From: the human T2T-CHM13v2.0 reference genome, Homo sapiens
Strand: one strand, 5' to 3'
Assembly (NCBI RefSeq): GCF_009914755.1
Contig: NC_060941.1
DNA: 64,000 nt
Each line of letters starts with the position of its first letter. Position 1 is the stretch's first letter. Positions 1 to 24,475 of the stretch are shown here, one piece after another. The translations under genes and the position numbers were made by a program. The notes beneath the pieces were generated by a model. The model ran no database searches. It was not told where the DNA came from and worked only from the letters and a program-made list of their open reading frames with translations.

Positions 1-112
1 AATGAAACAAGAAGGGAAAAAGACGGAAAAAAATGAACTTGGAAATAGTCCCTGGTGGGAGGGGGGGGGAATAAGCCAAGCATTCTCTTTCTGTTCCCAT
101 ATTTCTGTAGTG

Positions 113-606
<494 letters not shown>

Positions 607-797
607 TCCCCGAGAGCATCCAGTGGGTACCCTAAGTGCTCATTCAGCACCCCCAAAACCCAGAGGGGCTACCTAAGCCTGGTAGATGAGAGCTCACCCG
701 AGGCCCCAGATCTGTCTTCCTCTTCTTCTCTCCATTTAACTGGCATTCTCCATCCAGATTTCATTCCCCCAGGGCCTTGAAGGTTAGTTAGTAATAA

Positions 798-2208
<1,411 letters not shown>

Positions 2209-2301
2209 GTCGTTGAGTAATTATCTGCAATCATCAATAAAGTCAAATTACCTTCCCCCATCCTGCTTTCAGAGCTAGTTTTTTTTTTTTTTTTTTTTTA
2301 G

Positions 2302-2592
<291 letters not shown>

Positions 2593-3029
2593 TAAAGAGG
2601 CTTTCTGTACCTCTGCCTTAACACAAAGCAGGCTTCACGGGAATGGGCGGGCAGCCCAGCCAAGGAATCAATGTGTTGATGTGGGAATCAGGAGATGTGG
2701 GTTCAAGTCCCGTTCTGCCTTCCTCACTGGGTGATCCTAGGCCTTTGGTTTCCCCAGCTGTGAAACTCCCACATGGGGTAGAAGAGAAGGCTTCCCTCCT
2801 GCTGCAAATGCTGTTAAGCTTAAAGGGAATGCTGCGCAAACATGGTCTATCATTACCTTTGGGGATGTGGGGCCCTTAGATTCTACCTGCTGACAGCCTC
2901 CCGGCTCTGAGTTTTTGGAGTAACAATAATGATAACAGGAGCGGCTAACCTTTACTGCGTGCCAGGTGCTGTGTTAAGCAGTTGACTTGTGTCCTTCTCC
3001 AGAGAAAGCATGGAAATAGGCTAGTGGAG

Positions 3030-3220
3030 TTGGCACTTAGAATCAGCAAGACCTGAGCTGGAGTCTCAGATCTGCCACAATTAGCTGTATGACCTTGGAC
3101 AAGTGAGTCAACCTCTCAGAGCATCATAAGCCTCACTTACAAAATGGTGCTGCCTTTGCCTATCTTCCAGGGATGTTGTGAGGATCAGGTTTACCTTGAG
3201 CAAAATGCCTGGCACAGTTC
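3030..3220 (+). mobile_element. MIR (other MIRs near 4490-4690, 10380-10560, 34660-34870, 43330-43525, 45140-45375, 46960-47172)
   Basis: MIR core tagctgtatgaccttggacaagt...aacctctc.gagc...aaaatgg. Confidence 0.65.
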
Positions 3221-3445
3221 TCTTGCTACCATTTGTTATTTGTGACCATTTGTTCTTTGTGACTAGGATTCCTGAACACACGTGTTCACAAAGTGGGTGT
3301 GCTGTTGTCTCTCAGTAGAAAACCATCTAAGTGCTACCACATCCATTCAAAAGGTAACAGTATGGGCCCGGTGTGGTGGCTCACGCCTGTAATCCCAGCA
3401 CCATGAGAGGCTGAGATGGGTGGATCACTTGAGGTTAGGAGTTCA

Positions 3446-3868
<423 letters not shown>

Positions 3869-4732
3869 CTAAGACAGCACCTAGACTCCTGCATCCATGG
3901 TAATTTTCATGCTGAGTGCTGAGCGACTAATTTTCCCACCTAAAATTGATTCTTCCTTCTTTTGTTATTATAGTCTGGAGAAAGGACATAATAAAAACTC
4001 TTTGAGTCTGACAAAGAAAACAACACGAAATGCGATTTAACATTGGAAGTAATCGTTGTGTCGACAATTCTAAAGAAAATAAACAGATCAAGGAGTAGCT
4101 TTTAGAGCTAGTCTTAAGTCATGCCAGAAATATCTGAGTTAGAGAGAGAAGGTTACATGCAACAATTTGTTTCTGTCCCTGAAATGCTGCTCAGCCTGGA
4201 CTTTCTGTGCTGGTTAAAAGCCCTTCCAACTCCCTGACCCACTGGCCCTAGCCCCACAGGTGTCCTCAATATTGATCTCACTCTTGACTCCATCCAGCCA
4301 CCCAGACCTGTGGATTTCATGCCTCTCACAGCTGTGGGATATTCCCCTCGGCCTCCCTCCTGGGGTGGTTTCATAGCCGGTTCTCTAGTCTCGCTGTGTC
4401 CAGGCCCGACTGGGCAGAGCAACCCCCCAAGACAGCTCCCATGAGCTCTTTCTGATCACGATGATGAAAAGATTGTAATGGTGACTGCCAGTTATGTACC
4501 CAGAACCTACTGAGTGTCTACCATATTGCTTAGGTTCTTTCATTTAATTTCCAAAAGCCTACAGGGTAGCTTCTGTGGGTCCCACTTTAATGATGAGGCA
4601 ACTTGCCCAAGGTTGGTCAAGGTGACTGAGCTGGTAAACAGTGAAATGCATTTGAACTCAGGACCATGGGACTCCGAAGTTTGTGTTCTTTTCACTTTAC
4701 TGGTTTCCTTCACTGGCTTCCCATTGCCCAAC

Positions 4733-5361
<629 letters not shown>

Positions 5362-5724
5362 GGCTTCTGGCTCAAGTTGCAGGCCCTTGGCCCAGTTGGT
5401 TCACAGGCCCCTGTGCAGCTTCTCTGGTTTCACCTCCTCTTGTGCCCTGGGTCAAACTTCTGTTCTGGCCATAGCTCACTGCTCACAATTCCTCCAGCCA
5501 GAGAGGGTGTTCATGCCTCCATGAGGGTCTTCCTCTGCCTGGCATTCTGTTTCCGCCCTCCCTCCTCTATGTGCTTTCAGGAATGTACTAGCTGGAATGT
5601 CCCCTGCTCAGAAGCATTTTCCCAAGCCTTTTTTTTTGAGATGGAATCTCGCTCTGTCACCCAGGCTTGAGTGCAGTGGCGTAATCTCGGCTTACTGCAA
5701 CCTCCGCCTCCCAGATTGAAGTGA

Positions 5725-5946
<222 letters not shown>

Positions 5947-6095
5947 TAACCAGAGCTAATCACCTACCCCATGATTGCACCATCCATGTACCTAGCACTT
6001 ACTTTTAGTACAGCTTGTCTCTCTGTGTATATTGAATAATATTTATTTATTTATTTGTTTGTTTTTTTTGTTTTTTTTTTTTGTTTTTGAGATAG

Positions 6096-6194
<99 letters not shown>

Positions 6195-6419
6195 TGAGTA
6201 GCTGGGACTACAGGCGCCCGCCACCACGCCCAGCTAATTTTTTCTATTTTTAGTAGAGACAGGGTTTCACCGTGTTAGCTAGGATGGTCTCAATCTCCTG
6301 ACCTCGTGATCCACCTGCCTTGGCCTCCCAAAGTGTTGGGATTACAGGCGTGAGCCACCGCACCCGGCTTGAATAATATTTATTTTTATGTGGCCGTCTT
6401 CTACTGCAGACCACGAACT

Positions 6420-6453
<34 letters not shown>

Positions 6454-6605
6454 AGACAGAGTCTCTGTTGCCCAGGGTGGAGTGCAATGGCACGATGTCA
6501 GCTCTCAGCTCACTGCAACCTCCAACACCGGGGTTCAAGCAATTCTCCCTGCCTCAGCCTCCCAAGTAGCTGGGATTACAGGCGCACGCCACCATGCCCA
6601 GCTAA

Positions 6606-6899
<294 letters not shown>

Positions 6900-7706
6900 T
6901 GACAGGTGCATTGGCTTGTGCCTATAATCCCAGCACTTTGGGAGTCTGAGGCCAGACCATCGCTTGAGGCCAGGAATTTGAGATTAGCCTGGGTAACATA
7001 GTGAGACCTCGTCTCTACATTAAAAAAAAATTAAATTAGCCAGGTGTGGTGGTGCATGTCTATAGTCCCAGCTACTCAGGAGGCTGAGACAGGAGGATCA
7101 CTTGAGCCCAAGAGTTTGAGGCTGCAGTGAGCTATGAGCTCCCAGGCTGGAGTGCTATGCCATTGCACTCCAGCCTGGGTGACAGAGGGAGACCCTGTCT
7201 CTAAAAAAGAAAAAATAGAAGTAATTCATGCCCATTGTGGGATGTTAAAAAAATAAGAAGAAAAATCCATAATTCTGGAGGGATCAGGCAAATGATTTTC
7301 CACCTGGTGTTAACATAAGAACTGGCCAGGCGCCATGTTACATGCCTGTAATCACAGCACTTTGGGAGGCCGAGCCAGGAGGATCACTTGAAGCCAGGAG
7401 TTCAAGACCAGCCTGGGCAACATGGCAAAACCCAGTCTGTACTAAAAAATACAAAAAGTAGCTGGGTGTGGTGGTGCATGCCTGTAATCCCAGCTACTCA
7501 GGAGGCTGAGGCATGAGAATCGCTTGAACCCAGGAGGCAGAGGTTGCAGTCAGCTAAGATCATGCCCCTGCACTCCAGCCTGGGTGACAGAATGAGACCT
7601 TGTCTCAAAAAAAAAAAAAAAAAGAAAAAGAAAAAAAGAATTACCTGGGTGAGCTTGTTAAAAATAGAAATGCTCACACTGTGCCTGGGCCACCCAGCTG
7701 CTGTCT

Positions 7707-7708
<2 letters not shown>

Positions 7709-7752
<44 letters not shown>
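7709..7752 (+). repeat. (TG)n microsatellite
   Basis: Seen directly. Confidence 0.97.
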
Positions 7753-7755
<3 letters not shown>

Positions 7756-8741
7756 CATGTGTGCATACGTGTGTCTAATGAAATTCCAGCTGATTCTAAA
7801 ACTCATCCATCCCTGTACCTAGCACTTACTTTTAGTACAACATCATCCATCATTAAGCGTCTGGTGATTCAAATATTTTTGTACTACAAACAAAGTTGTG
7901 ATAAATATCTTTGTACGTAACTGTTTGTCTCTGGGTCTATTTATTGCCTTAGAATAGATTCCTAGAAGTGGAGTTACTGAGCCAAAGGGCAGGCAGGTTT
8001 TCAAGGCTCCCGGGACAAATCATCAATTACTCTGCAGAAAGACTGCGCCACTTCCCTCTCCCACCGGAGCCTCCGAGGGTGCTTGTCTCATCAAACCCCC
8101 ACAATTATGGCCACTTTTGACAAGAAAGAATACGGGAATAGTTGCTATTAAATGTGAAAGAAAAATTGCCTAGCTGGGTGGTTTTTAAAGAGAGGCATTT
8201 AGCAAGCTTTTGAAGACTAATTACTGTTTAATCATCCTAGGAACACACAGGCTCATTATTTTCTTTTTGCAGAGACTGAGAATTGCAATGCATGGTTGGT
8301 AATTTTGCCAATGCTGTAAACACCCATCACTTCATTTTCCTAGAAAAGCTTTGCTCTCTCTATGTGTGAAGGATGAAGCCTGTGTGTTTCGTTCTCCCCA
8401 GACACTCAGCTAACGGGCAGGTCCTCTCAGCTGACAGCATCTCACCCGAGATACTAACACCTACAGTGTGGGCAGGGGACTGGCCGCCCACCGCACAGAA
8501 TGTTGCCCGAAGCTCAATGTTCTTAGCTGTCATATTTCATGTTTTCACCCTTTCCTCCTCCATCCATCTCTGGCAAGCAAGGGCACCCTGGCAGAGTTTC
8601 TTGAAGTTTGCCTGGACAGTTCATTCCTGCCTTAGAATGGAAAAGGCCGCCGGGCGCAGTGGCTCACGCCTGTAATCCCAGCACTTTGGGAGGCTGAAGC
8701 GGGCGGATCACGAGGTCAGGAGATCGAGACCATCCTGGCTA

Positions 8742-9065
<324 letters not shown>

Positions 9066-9413
9066 TCAAATGTTCAATATGCTCATCTTCTGACCCACAG
9101 CTACCGTTCTGGAAATCGATCCTAGAGAATACTTAGACATGTGCATAATGCTATTTGCAAGGACTTTCCCTACTGTTAGAAAACAAACAAACAAACAAAA
9201 ACCTATTAACAGGCAACTGGTTAAATAAATGAGGGTCCTTCCATACTGTGGGATACCAGGCAGTTAAAAATAATGAGGCGAAACACCCAAAACGATAAGA
9301 CAGACCTGTATAGACAATAAATAAATATCTGCTGTTAAATGAGAATAGCAGGCAGAGGAAAAATATCCCTGTACAAAACAATCCTGTTTATGTAAAAGGA
9401 AATAATTTATTCA

Positions 9414-10123
<710 letters not shown>

Positions 10124-10173
10124 TTAAAGAGTTTCCCATGAAAGGTCTGGACAGTCTTAGAGAGGCCATGCTT

Positions 10174-10352
10174 AGTAGTGATTCTTGGCCCTGGCTAAAC
10201 ATTAGAATCACCTGGGCAGCTTTAAAAACCTCCCAGTGTCCAAATTCACCCCAGACCAATTAAATGAGAATGTTTGAGGATGGGACCCAGGCATCAGCTT
10301 TTTAAAGATCTCCAGGTGATTCTAATATGCAGCTAACATTTGTAAACCTCTG
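10174..10352. mobile_element. MER5-family DNA transposon (further MER5 pieces near 42738-42902 and 47914-48045)
   Basis: cattagaatcacctggg ... ccaggtgattctaat internal inverted symmetry. Confidence 0.75.
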
Positions 10353-10781
10353 CTCTAAGTTGTTGGATAGCAGGGGAAGTGGGCTAGTTGTAAAACCTCT
10401 GTCAACCAGCTGTGTGATCATGGGCAAGTTGCTTGACCTCTCTGAACTTTATTTTCCCTGCTCTAAAATGGGATCATACCTTCTTCACATGATAGAATGA
10501 GGCTTATTGAGAACATTATCAGAAAGAGCTCAGTCAATTGTAAAGCATGATATAAATATAAGATAATATTTTATTCTCTGACTTGGTTATCAGCTCAGAA
10601 GTAATAGGTGGAGCTGGGGGTCAGGCAGAGCAATGTTGAGTTAATGGTTAACAGAGAGAAAATAAAAGAAGCTGATTGGCTGGAATAGGAATGGCAGAGA
10701 GAAGATCAAAGGGCCCCCTAAACCATTTGCACTAAGGCAGGATCTACCCCTGTAGGATTCCAGGGTGATGCTAATGCCTGA

Positions 10782-11036
<255 letters not shown>

Positions 11037-11678
11037 TGAACTCCTGGCCTCAAGCGATCCACCTGCCTCGGCCTCCCAAAGTGCTGAGCCACTAAGCCGG
11101 GCCAAGCTCTGTTATTTTCTCACTGGGTACTGCCAGTTATGAAGAGCCAGAGATGGCAACTGTCTGGGTGAGAGGTCTGACCAGATGGGAAGGAGCTGAA
11201 GAGATTCTTCAGGCTCTGCTGGGAAGCTTTCAGCCAGACAGGGTCCCTTCCCTGGAGTCACCCTCACCAGCAACTTAAAGAATGGGAAATTCTCCTGGGC
11301 TTGAACACATGGGCCCGTCAGGCCAGGCTGCTGGCCCTGGAGACTTTGTGAGGGGCTAAGCCTGCCCTGGTGAGGAGGCCAAGGGGGCTGTGAGCCTGGG
11401 CTTTCCCTGCCCTTCCTTAACAAAGACCATCGCCCTCCCACCCTCTGAGTAAGGAGGTCAACACACAATTGTGCAGCAGCAAGCAGAGTGGAAATGCTTC
11501 TGTGGGACTCAGTCTACCTCCAGCTGAGTGCCCTCAACTCTTCTACTCAGACTTTCCCTTTCAACCCACCAACCCTTCATCCTTCCATAGTGTGCTCAGT
11601 AATGGATGTTGAGTGGCTGAGAAAGTCCTAACTTGCAATGAGCTCCATTCACTGATAGATCTTGACATTTCATGATGA

Positions 11679-12101
<423 letters not shown>

Positions 12102-12167
12102 TGAAACCTCGTCTCTACTAAAAATACAAAAATTAGCCAGGCTTGGTGGCTCAAGCCTGTAATCCTA

Positions 12168-12305
<138 letters not shown>

Positions 12306-12647
12306 TTACCTTTTATTTGAGACAGGGTCTTGAACTCCTGGGCTCAGTGATTGTCCTGCCTCAGCCTCCCAAGCATCTGGGATTATAGGCAAATGCCAGC
12401 ACACCCGGCCCTTTCTGTTTTTAAACAGGTGTCTGATTTCCCACCTCCATTCCTTCCACAGCCCAGAGAGGTAGGACATCAACTCTTCAGTTTTCTATCT
12501 ACTCACAGGTTTGATCTTTAACCTCTCAAGAACAATAAGCCAGAGAAACAGAGATAAGCGTTGAGTTGGGATTCAAGTTTACTTCAGCTGTTTCTGCCTG
12601 ATCCACACATCCTAGGGCTCCTTCTTAAGTAGTTCCTTGCAACTTAA

Positions 12648-12902
<255 letters not shown>

Positions 12903-13043
12903 TAATCCGCCTGCCTCAGCCTCCCAAAGTGTTGGGATCACAGGTGTGAGCCACTGTGCCCGCCTCCTTTTTTTAATTTTGAAAATTTCAAGCTTTCAGA
13001 AAAGTTACAAGAAATAGTACAATGAACACTTGTATATCCTTCA

Positions 13044-13277
<234 letters not shown>

Positions 13278-13453
13278 CTATAAAAAATACAAAAAGTAGC
13301 CAGGCATGGTGGTATGTGCCTGTGGACCCGCTACTCAGGAGGCTGAGGTGGGAGTATCACTTGAGCCAGGGAGGTTGAAATTGCAGTGAGCCAAGATCTC
13401 ACCACTGTGCTCCAGCCTGGGCAACAGAGTGAGATCCTGTCTCAAAAAAATTA

Positions 13454-13780
<327 letters not shown>

Positions 13781-13893
13781 TTAGTTGCAGGCATCATATT
13801 TCTAATATTACTTCACCATGTATCCCCTAAGAATGAGGACATTCTATATAATTACAGTATATTACCATGCTTGAGAAATTTAACATTAGGCTA

Positions 13894-14251
<358 letters not shown>

Positions 14252-14263
14252 TTATGTACTTGA

Positions 14264-14573
<310 letters not shown>

Positions 14574-14777
14574 TGAATAGCTTTTTGAACAGATTGCATT
14601 TAGCGGTTCAGACCCTTTGGTCTCTTTTAATCTAGAGCAGTTTTTCAGACCATTTTGATCTTTTCTGACATGGATATTTTTGAAAAGTCCAAGCCAATTG
14701 TGTTAAAACTATAATTACTTTATGCTATTTGAATTCTACACGTGATCTTGGTCCTAGAGTGTAAATTTTATCTGTGC

Positions 14778-14793
14778 TGCCACCAGGTGGCGC
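14778..14793 (+). promoter_or_regulatory. Candidate CTCF site TGCCACCAGGTGGCGC
   Basis: Close match to the CTCF core CCACCAGG(G/T)GGCGC in non-Alu sequence; motif evidence only. Confidence 0.6.
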
Positions 14794-15461
14794 ACTTGGT
14801 AGGTCCTGGTCCTCAAAAACCCTTGTGAAAGGGCAACTTAAGGCAAGAAAACTCGTTTTGTCTCAATCAACTAAGGCTGTTATTTGGTAAAGCATATGAT
14901 GTTGGCAGTGCCCATATATTTATAAAGGCACGTGGTGTCTTTTCCATAATCTGGGGATCTTGCTAATTAGGATTATAGTTTCGTAGACCTGTAATGGGTC
15001 CCAAGATTCTTTCTTTTTTTTTTTTTTTGAGACAGGGTCTCACTCTGCCAGCCAGGCTGGAGTGCTGTGGCGTGATCACGGCTGACTGCAGCCTCAAACT
15101 CCTGCGCTCAAGCGATCCTCCCACCTCAGCCTCCCAAAGTGCTGGTATTACAGGCATGAGCCGTTGTCCTGGCCAAGGTTCTGCATTTCTAACAATGGCC
15201 AAGTGATTGTGATGCTGCTGATTTGAAGAGCACGCTTTGAGTAGCAGGGGTTTAGAACAAGCCTATGAAGAACTATAATCTATTTACAATTAGTGGCTTC
15301 TGTTCTTGAGACAAAATCTCACTCTGTTGCCCAGGCTGGAGTGCAGTGGAGCCATCACGGCTCACTGCAGCCTTGACCCCTGAGGCTCAGGTGATCCCCC
15401 TGCTTCAGCCTCCTGAGTAGCTGGGATCACAAGCATGCACCACTCCACCTGGCTAATTTAA

Positions 15462-15725
<264 letters not shown>

Positions 15726-15727
15726 TA

Positions 15728-16448
<721 letters not shown>

Positions 16449-16479
16449 TGGCCACTATTCTTACATCATAATCAGTAGT

Positions 16480-17232
16480 AAAGCTAGTCTCATCTTCCAC
16501 TACTTCCCCTCTTCCTCCCTCTACTCCAGCCCCTTGGCCTTGCTTCTTTCCCAGAGGGCCTCGACCCTAGCTTTCCCTTCTGCCTCGCATGCCATTCCCC
16601 CAGATATCCTTCTGCTTGACTAATTTCCTTGTCTCCTGCAAGTTCTTAGCTCAAACCTTTCTTTTTTGTTTGTGTTTTGTTTTTGAAACAGGGTCTTGCT
16701 CTGTCACCCAGGCTGGCATACAATGGCGTGATCATGGCTCACTATAGCCTCAACCTCCTGGGCTCAATTGATCCTCCCAAGTCTCCATAGTAGCTGGGAC
16801 TACAGGCATGCATCACCATGCCCAGCTAATTTTTGTATTTTTTGTGGAGACGGGGTTTTGCCATGTTGCCCAGGCTGGTTTCAAACTCCTGAGCTGAAGT
16901 GATCCACCCACCTTGGCCTGTCAAAGTGAAAATTCACTTTCTTGATGAGGCTCACCCAGACATCCTTATTAAACACTGCTGCCTCCCCCACCCCCTCACA
17001 CCCTCCCTTAACTTGCTTGATTCTTTGTTTCCTCCAGCCTTCTCCACCTTCTCACATATCATATAATCTACCTCCTGCGTTTATTGTTCATTTCTGTCTC
17101 CCCCTGCTAGAATCTAACTTCCATGAGGGAAGGGATCTTTGTCTGTCTATTGTCTTCACTGATATTTTCTGAGCACTTAGAACAGTGTCTGCACATAGTA
17201 GGTGCATATGAAATATTTGCTGAATGAATGAA
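16480..17232 (+). mobile_element. L2 3' fragment split by an Alu
   Basis: Ends gcacttagaacagtgtctgcacatagtaggtgc...tgctgaatgaatgaa. Confidence 0.7.
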
Positions 17233-17858
17233 GCTTAAAAGGACCTTCAAGATAACAGAGTCCAATCCCCTCATTTCATTGATGAAGAAAGGAGCCCTAG
17301 GTCTCTGGGCAAGACGAAGATTTGCCCAGGGTCACATAGACTGTGGGAATATTCTTCTTATTCTTCTAAATGAATACAATCTAAAAGCCGGACTGGTTTC
17401 TATCAGTTAATTTTCTAAGCTCTAATTTTATTTTATTTTTTAATTTGTGTTAGGTATTTTCCCCAAAGGATCTGAAGCAGTGGACAAGATGAGAGGTAAT
17501 ATAGAATGGAACAGTTAGGAGTCCAAATGGAAGAGATATCATCTAAAGGAAGAGGGAGTCAGCCTAACAGGCACTAGATCATAGTTAATTACTCTAATGG
17601 GGGCAGAATTTGGCTCTGAGTCCTCTGGCAGCTGAGGTTAAACGGGAAGCACGTGGGACTCCATAACGTTCCTTGTCTGAGCTAAGGAAGACTGAGTGCT
17701 CCGCAGGGACTCACATCCAGGAGGAACCTGGTCCTGGAGAACCCTGTGTAATATCCCTTTGGCCTCACATTGGACAATGTTTACCAAAAAAACCCAAAGT
17801 CATGGTTGAAGAACATTGTTGTTTTATCTGCAAAGACTAAGGGTATAATATTAAATCA

Positions 17859-18195
<337 letters not shown>

Positions 18196-19342
18196 TCAGG
18201 TGAATTATATTGTGATGATCCAACTGAAAATGAAGATGAAAACTAAAGAATCTAGAATAAACATGTCTAGGAATATCTTCTGTAATTATCCACCAACGTC
18301 TCAAATCTTTGACAAACATTAAACCACAGGCAACTCATGGTTTGGATTTGTTGAATACATCAACAAATGTTTATTGAGTTTCTACTATAAACCTTCTCCT
18401 CTTTCCTTTGCTGACTCTCTGCCTGGAACTCCCCAGGCCCAGCTATCTCTAAGGCAGAGGGGAAGAGCACAGAGACCAGAGGGGAAGCCAGCTCTGTTTC
18501 TTCAAGTTACATAAAGTCTTTTTTGTGTTTCTGAGATAGAGTCTCGCTCTGTCACCCAGGCTGGAGTGCAGTGGCGTCTCTCGGCTCACTGCAACCTCCG
18601 CCTCCCGGGTTCAAGCGATTCTCCCCCCTCAGCCTCCTGAGTAGCTGGGATTTCAGGCATGCACCACCACGCCCGGCTAATTTTTGTATTTTTAGTAGAG
18701 ATGGGGTTTTGCCATGTTGGCCAAGCTGGTCTCAAACTCCTGACCTCAAGTGATCTGCCCGCCTCAGCCTCCCAAAGTGCTGGGATTACAGGCGTGAGCC
18801 ACCGTGCCCGGCCAAGTTGCATAAAGTCTTTGCCAGAGTTTATCATTAAACTCTGACTGCACATCCAGCAAATTCACCTTTTCTGGCCACTAGGAAGTTG
18901 TCCTCCACTGCAGAGCAGGGACAATTACTGACTTCTGCTGAAGCCTTTTCAAAAACCTAGTTCTTTTACAGAGCCTCAGAACATCCTATGAATATTAACT
19001 AATATATTTTAATAAATGTCAATACAATTTTTCTTTTAGACCCCTTGTCTTTTATTATTATTATTATTTCAATTTAAAGATTTTCTAGGGCATGTTTTTC
19101 TGTCTGGTACACTTGTTACAAGTAGAGGTCACCGTGGTCATCTTCAACTGTCACTCCCCACCAACCCCTCCACCCCACCTCACCTTGCCAAGTTCTGCCT
19201 CTGTCTGTCACATATGTGGCACACACATGAAATATTTTTCTCCACCTGGCATTGGTTCTGCCACTTTGACAACCCTTGGCTGTGAGAGGGCCCAGGGGCT
19301 TGACTCTGCAACATATCAAGTGGCCTCAGCTACCAACTGAGA

Positions 19343-21261
<1,919 letters not shown>

Positions 21262-21986
21262 CTACTGAGTGGCTGGTTAGGCTCACTCACCAGCTATGCT
21301 ATCCATTCCTGCTTGCCAGCCTCAAAGAATATGATTAAAAGTTTTATATAGAGGGCATGACTTATCAACTCCAAACTTGGTTTTGCGACAAACATCACAT
21401 TATGTCACTGTCATTAAATGAAAGAGAATCTGCCTCTGAGCTCCCATTCTGCCAGACTATTGGGAAAGTTAATGTTTGCCTCAATTGGAAAATCCCTCCT
21501 TCCCTCTAGGGTGGCACAAGAATCTGGAAGGCTCCTGTGGTTCCTAGAAAACAGAGGAAGGGGAAGGGACTCTGGTTATGGTCACTGTTCAAGCTCCTTG
21601 AAGTCCAGGCTTCCAAGGTCCACAGAAGGCAGGTGGTCCACTGGCTCCCGGCCACATGAGGTGCATGGGATCTCTGCCAAGGCTGTAAGACCCAGGGCCT
21701 GGGGTCCAGCCTATCTGGGTACCCAGGGCCTGTAGTCTAGCCTTCCTGGGTGCCCCAGGCATCAGCCATTTCCCTGACAGACTCTCCATCACCTGGAGGC
21801 AGAGAGTGGATCCCTGCAGCTTTCTCTTTCTAGTTTTGGGGACACTTTATTATCTGCTGCTCCACCTCTGCCCATTCCTGCTCTACAACCTCTCCTGGGG
21901 TGAGAAGCACACACAAACTGGGATTTCTAGAGGTCTGTGTGGCAGCAGGGACAGGAAGGATCCCAGGGAGATTAACAGCAAATTAA

Positions 21987-22451
<465 letters not shown>

Positions 22452-22454
22452 TGA

Positions 22455-22607
<153 letters not shown>

Positions 22608-23476
22608 TGAGATTACAGGCGTGCGCAACCACACCCCAGCTAATTTTTTTTATTTATTTTATTTTTTATTTTTAGTAAAGACAGGGTTTCACTATGTTGG
22701 TCAGGCTGGTCTCGAACTCCTGACTTCAAATGATCTGCCCGCCTCAGCCTCCCAAAGTGCTGGATTATAGGCGTGAGGCGCCGTGCCCAGCCGAAAAGAA
22801 CTTTTAAAATTTGCTATCTTTTTCATCTTAAACTAACCCTGCCAGAGACACCATCTGCAAACTGAGCTCGTCTTGGCCCAGGGATACACACTTTTAATCA
22901 ACGGCTGGCGGTGTGATGGGCTTCTAGAGACGGTGTTAGGTTCCGCTTTAGGGTCTGTCGTTGAAAGGCACTGAAATCCACTCTTTTTCCTTTCCTAGAA
23001 TCCAGTCCCAGACTCTGTAGAAGTCTTGGGAGGAGACTGGGAGATTTCCTCATGCTGCAAATTCTGGCCCAAACAATCCAGTCCCTGAGGAGGGTGTGTT
23101 GGTGTACCAGAAACTGATGGAACAGCACCCGGCACCATGCCAGACCCTCCTGTGCCAAGAGGTTCCAGGAAAATGAGCATATCCTAGGATTGGGAGGAAG
23201 TAAGGCAGCAACTGGGGACTTTTTCCTAATGAGTCCAATAAATCCTTGGAAAAATAATCCACCGAGGGTCAAATATACATAGAAAACAACTTTGAAGGCT
23301 TTTGGAGGCTTTTTTCCCTAAAAAGAGAGAAAAGTAAAAAATATTCCAGGCATTGGCTTTCAAAAACAAACAAACAAAGAACAAAACAAAACAAAAAAAC
23401 CAAAAAACAAACAAAACCAAGAACAACCCTGGGAATATAAAATTCTTCAAGATATGCAAGAAACATATAAACTTCA

Positions 23477-23632
23477 GGCCAGGTGCTTTGACATGCGCTT
23501 GTAGTCCCAGCTACTCAAGACGATTGTTTGAGCCCAGGAGTTTGAGGCTGTAGTGTGCTATGATCACACATATGAACAGCTACTGCACTCCAGCCTGGGC
23601 AACAAAGTAAGACTTCGTCTCTAAAATAAATA
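23477..23632 (+). mobile_element. Fossil Alu monomer (FAM-type)
   Basis: Single arm that keeps the longer 7SL-like segment ctatgatcacacatatgaacagctactgcactccagcc. Confidence 0.65.
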
Positions 23633-23720
23633 CAACTAAATTTTAAAAGAGAAGTTTATAAACTTTAGTTATGTATTCTGGCCAATTAATGGGAGGGAGA
23701 CAAAGAGAAAAACTGAACTA

Positions 23721-24272
<552 letters not shown>

Positions 24273-24475
24273 TCAGAGATGCCGAGACACAAAGCACAAG
24301 AGAACAGAGCACAGTGAGAGAACACTGGCCTGAGAAGGCTCAAAAGATGATGCTGAGAAGATGATGTTATCTGAAGGAAAATCACCATCTTTCTGCCTTC
24401 CGATTTACATGAGCATCTTAGAAACCTGGGAAGTCAGAGCTACAAGGACCTGAGCTCGTCTAGTCCAGTCTTTTC

